42,867 bases of DNA from Klebsormidium nitens. Lineage: Eukaryota > Plantae > Klebsormidiophyceae. Positions 33,293-42,867 of the stretch are shown piece by piece (the stretch's first letter is position 1; each line of letters opens with the position of its first letter). The stretch lies in NCBI GenBank assembly GCA_000708835.1, contig DF237648.1:1-42867 (forward strand), written 5' to 3'. The translations under genes were made by a program, and so were the position numbers. Under the pieces are notes generated by a model. It made no database searches and was not told where the DNA came from. It saw nothing but the letters and a program-made list of their open reading frames with translations.

Positions 33293-36200
33293 ATGCCGGA
33301 AGGGATCGAAGTCGTCGATGAAGAAGAAGCAAGCTGTTCCTATCTTCCCCAAGCTTCGAGATTCCTTTGAAAAGCAAGCTGCCTAGTGTTGCTCGAGAAC
33401 CACGATACCAAAATTCCTAGCTACGTTCGCTGCCTCCACAATCGAGTCCTGGTTTGTCCACACGCTGTGCACACCTCCAACATTCTGTGTGCATGACTGA
33501 GAATGGCTTTTCCGCAGCTGTCTGCAGCCCCAGCTGTTGTGGCAGACACGCGGCCAACCTGGCGGTTCCAAATAAGCTTGGCAGAAGATGAAGCAACAGT
33601 GGTCTCCTTCAAGTAAGGACACACATGCTGCACACTTTGTTCAGGTCAACAGTCAGTGGCTAGGAATAGCCGGCAGGGCCTCAGTGACATTGGTTCTCCA
33701 AAGTGGTTGTCCACATGCCTGGTTGCTCTGGCTGCTGATATGGTGCTCAAGGTTATCCAAAGGCCCTCCCAATCTTGGTCCTTCAAAGGGTTTGAGGGAG
33801 TCAGGGTCAATGCAGCCACTCTGATGCTGGCCCTGCATGGCTCTGGGCTTGTAGCAACTCGCAGACATGTGACCTTTGATAAACCCTTGGTCATTGGAAC
33901 TAAAATTGGCTACATCTGCCCCTCATAGTAGCCTATGCTGGCAGTTGTTGGTGGTTATCAGGGGTGCACTGCTATGCTGCATCCCCTGCTTCCAGTCAGA
34001 CAGGAGGCTGTTTCCCAAGTTCTGATGCTGTATGCCAAGATGTGGCAAAGTGTTCCCATTGCACTTCCTTTTTGGTTGGTTGCTTGGAGGAGCGACGGTC
34101 CAATTGTTGTGATCAAGCCCCACTTGGATTTCAGCAGTCAAGGCTGGAGTCAGAGGGTTTCCCCCATTTCGTGGCCTAGAATGTTTGCCGTCTGGTTGCA
34201 GAAAGCTGGTGCGGGAGGCTGAGCGCTCCGCGCAGGCGCAGAATGGGCCCCCCCAGGGACCGGCGCCCCTCCTCCCTGGAGGCCCAACTATTGAGGCCAG
34301 TGATGGACCAGCTTCGGTGAGCGCAAGTGTCCCGCCTGGGCCTGCGTTCAAGGGGCCCCATCAAAGTCCCGCGGTGTCACTTACTCTGGTGGCCCCTCTT
34401 GAAGCACGTTTAGGGCAGCTTGAGTGGAAATTTGTTTTCTTCACGTGTCGGAGCGCTCATTCTGATCCTCGCTTCATGTGCAGCCTCCCCACCCGACCCC
34501 TCCTGGCTTGGGGGGAGACCTTGCAGCGGACGGGCTGCCGCCCCCCGCCAATCGCTTCAGCTCCGTCATTGAGAGGATTGAACGACTGTACACAGTAAGC
34601 TGAACAAGCCCCCCTCTCGGCCTCAGAAGCAAGCATGAAAGGACACCAGATCATGGTGGTGGCAGTCAGGGCATTGGGCTGCAAGGAAAGGCGGGCTGGC
34701 TCGTACGCTCGACACTTGATGAGCAAAACGACATTGTGTTCGTCTAAACCTGGGCAGAGGCGTGAATCCCAACTAGTTTGGACACTGTTGTGGTACTCGT
34801 TGAGATTCTTTACATCTGAAAGCAACCTGCTGATGCTTCTTCCATGTTTCAGCCCTTTTTGGCACCCACACTGACTTGAATTCATTGCCCAAATGCACTT
34901 CCATCGAGGAGCTCTCTGGTGTGCCACTTTGGCGAGATAGAGGACGTCACGCTCTTGCCTGCGCTTGTGCGTGGCAGGGGCACCAGAGCGACGAGGAGGA
35001 GGACACGCGCCAGCCGGCGGGGGCAGCCCCGGAGGAGGCCACCCCGCGCCACAGGAACAGGGAGGACGACTTCTACGACACCGATGACTCGTTCATTGAC
35101 GATGACGACCTGGTGAGAGAGTTGCGACCACCCGGCAGGATGATGGCGGCACCCCCTCTTGGAAAGGGGAGATCTGCACCAAAGACTGGGGAGTGGTCCG
35201 TGACCCACAGGAACAGCATTCTTGATCATGTTGCTCTCTGCTCGGGGTTAAGAGTGTGCCAGGCGTTTGCTGAGCGGAGTGCTGTTGTCGCACATGAGAG
35301 TAGACATGGGAAGTTTTTGTTTGGTGCGTGCAGGACGCCTACTTCTCAGACCAGGGTGAGCCGGAGCACCAGGGCTTTGTGGTTACCAAGGGGGCAGTCA
35401 AGCCCAGGTGAGCCACAGGAAAATGATGAGACAGGCGCGCTGGGCAAGGAGCAGAAGCAGTGTTTAGCAGATTGCTGTATTGTGGGAAGGGTTTTCAGTG
35501 CCAGAGGGGATCAACATGCGTCTGGCCCAAGCCATCTGGCCTCTTGTTATAGGTTATGCTCTCTGCCCTCATAGGGGGTATGGTATGTGGAGTAAGCACA
35601 TAAAGGGTTGTGATGGCTGTGCAAGCATCTGTAAATGGTTAAGTATGATGCAAGGGATGTGCTGGTCAGCGCTCTTCCAGTTGCTCCCTGGAACTCGAGG
35701 CGGCACACCAATTTTCCACGTCCAAGAAACAAAGTGGAGCATTCCGGATGAATTTTTATGTGCTGTTCAGGGCTCCACGCGTTGAGGGGGACGGAGCTGG
35801 GGTTACCAAGAGGAAGAAAAAGCGACCACGGGTGGAGGCAGCAGAGGGGAAGGAGACGGACAATGGGAAGAAGGTGGCTCAAAAGAAGGAGACAGGGGCA
35901 GTTGGGGACAAGGGCAAGCCAGCCAAGAAGACAAAAGTCAAGGAGGGTGGCAAAAAGCTTGGGGTAGCGGATGCAGCCAAGGCAAAGAAGGACAAGAAAG
36001 CCGATGAAAATGGGGCTAAGGCCGTTAAGAAGCCTGCCAAGAAGGACGGCCACAAGGTGGGGGTCTCGACAGATGAGGATGCAGCGTTGGCGCTGCCCGC
36101 AGTGATTGCAACTCCTGCCAAAGCGGTGCAGGCATTGGGGGGCCTGCCGCTAGCAGAGGAGAGCAAGGGTCCTGCCAAGAGTGAGGGCACGGAAGCAGGA

Positions 36201-38272
36201 GGGGCTGGGGGGGCCAGCAAGAAGGCGGGGAAGAAGACGCTGCTGGCGGACAAGGTGCAGCGGGCGCTGCAGGTGAGCAAGGACAGGGAGGATGCGCAGG
36301 CCGCCGCCAAGCGGGAAGCAGACGCCAAGCGGGCCAGCAAGAAGGGCGAGGGCAAGAAGCGGAAGAAGGAGGGGGACGTTAGCGTGGGTCCAGGGGAAGG
36401 GTCACGCGCGGCGCGGACGGAGGTGGCAGGGAGCATCCTGTCGGCCACAGTGTCGGGGGTGCCCATTGGGCTGCTGAATGCGGAGGTGAGCAACGCGCGC
36501 ACGCTGGGCAGCAGGCCCGAGTCCAAGAAGCGGGCGCGCGCAGAGGAGGATAGCGGCACTGAGACAGAGGAGACGGCGCCCGCCAAGAAGGTGAAGCGGG
36601 AGGCGGGCGAGGAGGGGGCCGACGACACGCGCTCCGCCAAGCCGCGCAAACCGCGCGCAACAGACCACGAGCGGCTAGAGTCCGCAATTGCGGAGCTGGC
36701 CAGCAGCGTGGCGGAGCTGTGCCCCCCCGTCAGCGGCGAAGAGGTGGATGGCGATGGGGCAGGCGACGAGGGCGACGAGGGGAGCAAGAAGAGGCGGCTG
36801 CCGGGGCCCACCCAGGCGGCGCTGTCCAAGGTGGCCCGAGTGGCAGGCATGAGGAAGGTGAGTGAGCGCGAGGGGGCTCAAAATTGCAGGCCCAACGCAG
36901 GTGCGTGGGGTCGGTGGCACTTTGTCACCTGTGAGCAGACGCGAGTGGAGCACAAACTCCTCCGACTTCCCCAGATTTTCTTGGTTCCCTTGGACTGGCT
37001 CGCTAGCCTGGTACGTCGGAGAATCAGGGTCGTTTCAGCTCGTACGCAGCGTTGCCTCGCTCACAAACCTCAGCCTGACTTCCTTCTCGGGTGCATGTAT
37101 TGCGTGCAGGGCCTGATTCCCGCTGAGCTGTTTCCGCGATTGCTGCCCATCGTGGGGCACGTGCTCAAGGATAACAGCCTCAAGGTCAACCTGAAGCGGG
37201 CGCTTGCGAAAGCCTTGGAGACCAAGAAAGGGGGGGCGACGACTCCCAAGAAAGACACCTCCAGGAAGTCAAACGGCGGGACGCCAAGGAAGAAAGAGGA
37301 GGGGGCCAAGAAGCGAGGGCAGCCGCGCGAGAGTGCGGAAGAGCCAGGCGCGGCCAGCCCGGCAGGGCACCACGTGGGTAGCCGGCACGCCCTGGCGGGG
37401 GAGAATGGGGCGCCGCCCACTGATGCACAGTGCGCCCAGCGCATGGCTGAGGCGCGGGCAGCCCTGGAGGAGCTGATCAGCGCGCGCATGGAGGCGGCCA
37501 CCGAGGCGCAGCGGGGCGGTGAAGCGGGTCCGAGTGGTAGTGGCAGCGGCGAGCCTATGGAAGCGGGCTTCGCGTGGGACCACCCGACAGAAAACGCGCT
37601 GCTGGCAGTGTCGCGCGTGTCGCGGGAGGGAGCGGGCGAACAAAACGGGCAGGTGGCACGCCAGCTGTACAAGGACCTCGCACAGCTCTGGCCGCCAGGC
37701 TGCATGGTGAGCGGGCCGCAAACTGTTGCGTACTCCAGGGACGGAACAGCAGGACGTGGCTGGTAGCGGGGCTGTTCTGCACTTTCAAACAACTCTACTG
37801 CATCAATCATTGAGTGGCTGTGCCAGGTTGCTGCCCGTGTGCTCTGCCCCGCTTCCCGTTTCTTGGTGTGTGTACTGATCCTGGCGGGGTGGCGTGCTGT
37901 GCGCAGGACGTGGCAGGTTTGCAGAAGGCCATCCGGCGTGCCAAGGCGCGCGCGGATAGGAAGGGCGGCGACGAAGCGGTGGGGGCCAGCGCAGAGAAGC
38001 AGGGACAGGAGGAGGCGCCGAAGGGGGGAAAGAAGCGGAAAGCGAAAGCGGCGGGGACGGAAGGAGGAAAAGCGGGCCAAGCGCAGGACAAAGGGGGCGG
38101 AGACAGCCCGGCGAAAGGACCCGCGGGAGAGAGGCCAGGCCCGACAGCCGCGGCTGAGGGCCAGGGCGAGCCGCGGCCTGTAGCGGAGGCCGAGGCGGCG
38201 CACTCATTACCCAGCGTGTTCAAGCAATTCCAAGGAAGCCCGCAGGCGCTGCCCTCAGTAGTGCAGTCATAA
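33293..38272 (+). CDS. UBN: Ubinuclein-like (HPC2/UBN, HUN domain) histone H3.3 chaperone complex subunit, ~870 aa
   Basis: Phase-consistent exons: 33518-33612, 34202-34316, 34484-34594, 34978-35112, 35334-35407, 35771-36857, 37110-37706, 37907-38272. The first coding exon is uncertain (ATG 33293 or 33215). Plant UBN-type motifs: RFQISLAEDEATVVSFKKLVREA, PPANRFSSVIERIERLYTG, HUN core FYDTDDSFIDDDDLDAYF..GFVVTKG. A long Lys/Glu-rich region follows. Confidence 0.8.
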
Positions 38273-39553
38273 CGGCGTGCTGCCTCCTCTTTCTGCTAGA
38301 TAGTACTAGTCGATCGGGCTTGCATCGGGGCAGGCAAGTCCCAGGCTGTAGCCGACCAAATACATTTGGTTAAGGTGATATGCGCGGTCCCTACAGCAGC
38401 GGCCCAACGCCATTTGGCAACTGTAGGATCGCTCCCTCAGCAAAGAGCATTGTCATTTCAAGGGTCAGCTTGCTTCTGCTTCTGATGGCCGAAACATCAC
38501 CGCTGCTCTCTGTACTCATTAAACAGCCTCCAATGCATGTTGCGCCCTGGCATATGTGTCACGTTCTGTAAGGTGTCAGCCAATGCCATGCATGCTAGGT
38601 TGTCAGTCTTACGATGCATTCTCTTCCTTCAATTATTACGTGGCGCGGAGGCGCGGAGGCTGAGGTACGTCGCTAGACGTCTCGAATTTTCGGTCACGTG
38701 CGTATTGCGCGGTAAGGCACGCGTCCAGGCCGGCCGGCTGCCATGTGCGGGGGTCGAAAATTTTGAACGCACGCGATGATGGATTCAATATATATTGAAT
38801 ATGCAAATGCTCATAGCGCTGGCCGGCATGCACGACTGACGCACAGGTACTATTGAATGGCTTGCCTAGCTCTAGAGAGCCAAAAACGCTGACTCTTGTG
38901 GAGCGCGGACGTTTTCAATCGGATACTTAAACGGTATTGTACTATACTATATAGCTGCATGCAATATACTAGGTGTGCGCCCGCGGCCGGCCCGGCAGAG
39001 CTATTTAATATAACTTACACTAAACTGAGAATGATAGATCGCCGCGTATAAGCTACAGCTATAGAGTATACAGATCGATGCATATACCTGATCATGCATT
39101 TGCATATAATGATGCGCGCGCCTCGCGCGTGGTGCAGCTTAGTAGGCGCCATGCTTTACTATAAGTTGAATCCATCATTATCGTTCCCGGGCATGCATGA
39201 ATTACCGTTTAGACTTTTAGCAGCGGCCGCAGCGCGCATGCAGCATCGATGCTGTAAGCGGATCCACACGACCAATATGATGTACTGACGCAGCTCAATA
39301 AGTTCTGGCGTGCAGCAACCCGGCGCTCGAATTGGCGCATGGCGCCAACAAGCACATCGGCGATCACAGCACAGCGCCGTGGCATGGTGCCGCGGCTAGC
39401 TACAGGCTAGCAGGCCGCCACGGCGCAATTGATGTAGTCGCATTGGCACGTGGCAACAGTCGAAGTAATGTTCGATAATTATTATCATTGGACATGTCGA
39501 CAGTAGTATAAGTAGAGCTACTAGATAAGCATGTCTCTCGCATGACCAGGATT

Positions 39554-39884
39554 NNNNNNNNNNNNNNNNNNNNNNNNNNNNNNNNNNNNNNNNNNNNNNN
39601 NNNNNNNNNNNNNNNNNNNNNNNNNNNNNNNNNNNNNNNNNNNNNNNNNNNNNNNNNNNNNNNNNNNNNNNNNNNNNNNNNNNNNNNNNNNNNNNNNNNN
39701 NNNNNNNNNNNNNNNNNNNNNNNNNNNNNNNNNNNNNNNNNNNNNNNNNNNNNNNNNNNNNNNNNNNNNNNNNNNNNNNNNNNNNNNNNNNNNNNNNNNN
39801 NNNNNNNNNNNNNNNNNNNNNNNNNNNNNNNNNNNNNNNNNNNNNNNNNNNNNNNNNNNNNNNNNNNNNNNNNNNNNNNNNNNN
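39554..39884. other. Assembly gap (331 N)
   Basis: Run of n characters. Confidence 1.
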
Positions 39885-39923
39885 AACAAGAGAACAGAAG
39901 TTGTCTTGAGAGCAGAAAGACAG

Positions 39924-42476
39924 TCAATTTTTCTGAGCCTGCGCCATCGCTTGAGAACGCCTGCTTTCATGGTTTCCGCACATGTTAGCTGATCGTGTGT
40001 AGTTATCCTGCCAGCTCCCTGCATATAGCTGGCCAACCATCACATGCATGCCACGTAGCAACAGCTGCAGGCTCTGTTGGACGAAGATCGTCCTGCGGTT
40101 CCACGCGTATAACCCAAGGTGTTCGCCGTCGAAGTGGATTGCGTGCGCCTCGTCGAGGCACTGGCAGTGGTAGATTCGCACCCGCACCCGCTGGCTCCAC
40201 TGGGAGGACGTCACGTCCGCCTCCACCCACTGCTCCACCCATGAGCCACCACACGCTGGGGGGCCCAGAGGGCAAGGCGCGCTTAGCAGCTCCTTCTCCG
40301 ACAGCTCTTGAAAGTGGCAGTGTGTCAGCTTGCTAACATGGACTGGGCGGTCGAGCGAAGTCACGAGCGGGTCATGAACGGCATGCGCATCACTGGGCCG
40401 TGCCAGCTTGGGCTTCGTGATTTGGCTCGCCTCCGTGGTAAGGAGCATGACAGGGACGCGCACCCTCGAGGCCTCCCCATGCTCACATCGACCGCTTGCA
40501 GCCGCCAGCGAGGCCAGTCTGCAGCAAGTGCATGCGTCGACCCAGCCTCGAATTGCCTCCTTGCCTCTCGCATCCGTTGGTGGCCGAGCGTCCCACCCCA
40601 CCCTCGTTTCTGTCGAGCCTTGTTTGTGCGCCTCCCAGAAGGTCTTGTTCCGCCTCGCTCGTTTGCGCGGGGGCTGTTCGTCAACTGCCCCCCTCTCCCT
40701 CTCATGATCGCCCCCATTGCTCTCCTGATCCCCTGAGGTGTGTGCGGCGGCCTCTCCAAAGAGTCGATCGTGCTGACGACAGAAGCACGAGTCGCCAACG
40801 CATGTCGCCCGCTCGTGGGGCCGCCGCTCCAGCAATTCAACGAGATACCGCTCCTCGTCCGCCAGAACCCCCTGCAAGGAGGGACCGGCGCCAGGCACCC
40901 CTCCGATTGTCGGCAACTCCCCATTCCACGCCTCGAGCCAGTCCATTGCGGCTCTCGACAGAGGCTCCGTAAGCTTCATGATTACCTGGTCGGCCATGAG
41001 AACGCCCCCTTCATCCGACCTCAGAGCCGCCTTCGCCGCCAAGACGTGCGAGCAATCCATGAGGCTTGGGCAGCCGTCGCGCTTCCCCTCGCAATACCAC
41101 GCCCCCTTGCTGCTGCAGAACAGCATGCGCCTCTGAGGACCAGGTGCTCCTTGGAGATTTTCAGCCACTACAAAGTAGCTCCCCGTTGCGTCCACCCCAA
41201 TTTGTTTGACCCTCGCCCCCCTGCCAAGCGAATTGTGAGTGGGCAGCTCTGCCGTTGGGGCCCAGCTTTCACTGAGGGCCGCCATCGCCAGCTTATGCAC
41301 GCACGGCGCGTCCTCCGTCAGCCGCCCCCGATGGCACGTACAACAGAGCTTGCCGAGCGTGCTCCACCATACCGTCTCTGGCAGCGCGTGCGTCTTGTCC
41401 GGCCTCCCTAACCCCTTCGGTCTGCCGTCCCCGTTGTGATCCCACGGAGACATGTAGAGCCTAAGCGGAGGGGATACCGACCCCGTTGGTAGATAGACCC
41501 GAACCAAATCCTCGGAAGACTCCATCATCTTCAGATAGCGCGCCGCCTGCTCCTTGATGCCCAACGACGCCGCCCCCTGCAATGCAAGGAGGGAGCACGT
41601 CTTTCAGAAGGACCTCCTTGCCGTTGTGAGGCAGCATCAAGACTATGGATCCCTTGGAATCGGTGTCTCTGTACTCGAACAATTGGGACACCTTGTGACC
41701 ACAAAGTTTGGCGTCACTATATAGCAACCTCAACAGCACCGTGAACTCTTTGAAATGGCGATGACGGCGATTCGCTCTCGCTATGTAGCAGCGATGGCAC
41801 CGCGAGCGAGCTGGGCAATATGAGAGTGTTGCACACATTTTTTTTCTGATGTACATCAAGAAAAAAGAGTTTGCGAGCTCACCTGGGTGCTCGTCTCCTC
41901 CGGAGCGCCTTTCACCCTCGGCCGCACTCCTTTAGCCATCCCTCGATTGCCGATCTGGGACGCTGCCGTGGCAGCTTTTGGCCTCTGCCCCGGCATTGTT
42001 CTTGCGTTTTCCTCGCGTAGAAAGCCAAGCAACTCGTTTGTGAGCTGCAGACTTTGCTTCCAAGGGCTTCCCTGTCCCTCCCGCTGCAAGATGGGAGAGT
42101 CTTGCTTGCCATCCCTCCTGGCGCTCAGAGTGACCGACAATCCATCATCGCTCTCGGCAATCATACCGAGCAGATCCTGGATGCAGCTCAAGCACACAAA
42201 TTGCTTGCATTGCTTTGCCTTTGGAATCTCGGCACTGACAACATAGCCCATGATTCTGCGGTCGCTCTTGCGAAAATTGAGCTTCAACTGCCCCTCCTTG
42301 CTCTTGACCCAGAACTGATGCAAGCACGTGAGGCATCTGACAGCAATACGCTCCTTGCAACTCTGAAGATCAACCCGAATCTCACCGGACGCGATGCCTC
42401 GTAGGCTACCTTGCTCTATGTGGCTTAACGCACTGCTGAAATGCTGAAGACTAGCCGGAGACTCCATAGTTACCAC
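39924..42476 (-). mobile_element. Transposon-derived gene: Cys-rich N-terminal ORFs + SWIM-type zinc fingers + CxC4-like cysteine cluster (KDZ/Zisupton-type DNA transposon), truncated or decayed toward the gap
   Basis: The 552-codon ORF 41582-39924 has CCTCHRG..PCVHKLA and WYCEGKRDGC..DCSHVLAA (SWIM-like CxCx(n)CxH), and PCPLGPPACGGSW..YHCQC..IHFDGEHLGLYAWNRRTIF (CxC-like cluster of KDZ-associated proteins). Upstream same-strand ORFs 42476-41856 (CLTC..CKQFVCLSC) and 41859-41461 (CHRC) lie in other frames. No catalytic KDZ domain or TIR was seen. Confidence 0.55.
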
Positions 42477-42867
42477 CCCTTCCTTGCCTTACTCTAAGGG
42501 GGGCGGACCTCCCTAAGCCCCGTGCGCCTGAGCCACCCTGTCTGCTGCTACCCGGTCCGGATTTACCGGGCCGTCAAACCTGCCTTTTGGACTCAACTCA
42601 CTCTCCCTAAGTGCCTCAGCCCCGACCTCGGCTGTTGGTACCCGGTCGCTTGGCCCTAAGTTCCGGTCGTTCGACGCATCAGTGATCGAAAGTGTCCAAC
42701 AACTGTCGTGGGGGGTGCCTACGTGGCATCCTCTACGGTACATGCGACGAAACTTACCCGTCACGGCCGAATCCGGCATGAGCGTTAACGCATTTTCACC
42801 GATCGATCCGTCCTGATCAATCTCGGCCGTTCATTTTAGTCTCAACTTCATTTGGTAGGCCCCTGCA

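Noticed and set aside
35879-38223. Long minus-strand ORFs (323 aa, 377 aa and others) opposite the UBN-like gene
   Set aside because: Antisense shadows of GC-rich, Lys/Glu-rich exons; low-complexity Ser/Pro/Phe/Leu translation with no motifs.
39380-39500. Minus-strand translation GGLLACS*PRHH / PMIIIIEHYFDC resembling KDZ catalytic motifs
   Set aside because: The motif order is reversed relative to KDZ transposases and contains a stop; too weak to call without a profile search.
39400-40036. ORFs of 148-175 aa crossing the N run
   Set aside because: Artefacts of translating the assembly gap.
1-42867. CRISPR arrays, rRNA, tRNA, prokaryotic operon signals
   Set aside because: No regularly spaced repeat-spacer array or recognisable structural RNA was seen; the DNA is spliceosomal-intron-containing eukaryotic sequence.

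Overview
Eukaryotic, intron-rich nuclear DNA with GC-rich exons and GT/GC-AG introns. A streptophyte green alga of the Klebsormidium type is inferred from composition, splice-site style and plant-type genes, not proven. Six spliced genes were reconstructed by hand with consistent exon phases: (1) 387-6258 (+), ~608-aa type I membrane protein with signal peptide, GGA/FxxN beta-helix-like repeats, two CBM49-like modules and a C-terminal TM helix; (2) 13957-7870 (-), ~597-aa uncharacterised protein 'B' (GPFDGHVNGNLVMKEL..PWNNWHS motif); (3) 14787-20296 (+), ~457-aa uncharacterised protein 'A' (QDEYCEW / EGPEYW / GAMHL / RNSDPHIG motifs) with a plastid-transit-peptide-like N-terminus, divergent from B across ~830 bp containing a central cluster of inverted repeats; (4) 24527-21714 (-), glucose-6-phosphate/aldose 1-epimerase; (5) 32189-25920 (-), glycine decarboxylase P protein; (6) ~33293-38272 (+), ubinuclein-like (HUN domain) protein. 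Also present: a MITE-like insertion, a possible partial gene at the left edge, palindrome-rich decayed intergenic tracts, a 331-nt assembly gap, and a SWIM/CxC-type (KDZ/Zisupton-like) transposon gene at the right end. The best candidate for an undescribed system is the head-to-head A/B pair, which looks like a microbial two-gene module domesticated in an alga. No database searches could be run, so family assignments rest on motif recognition and need confirmation.
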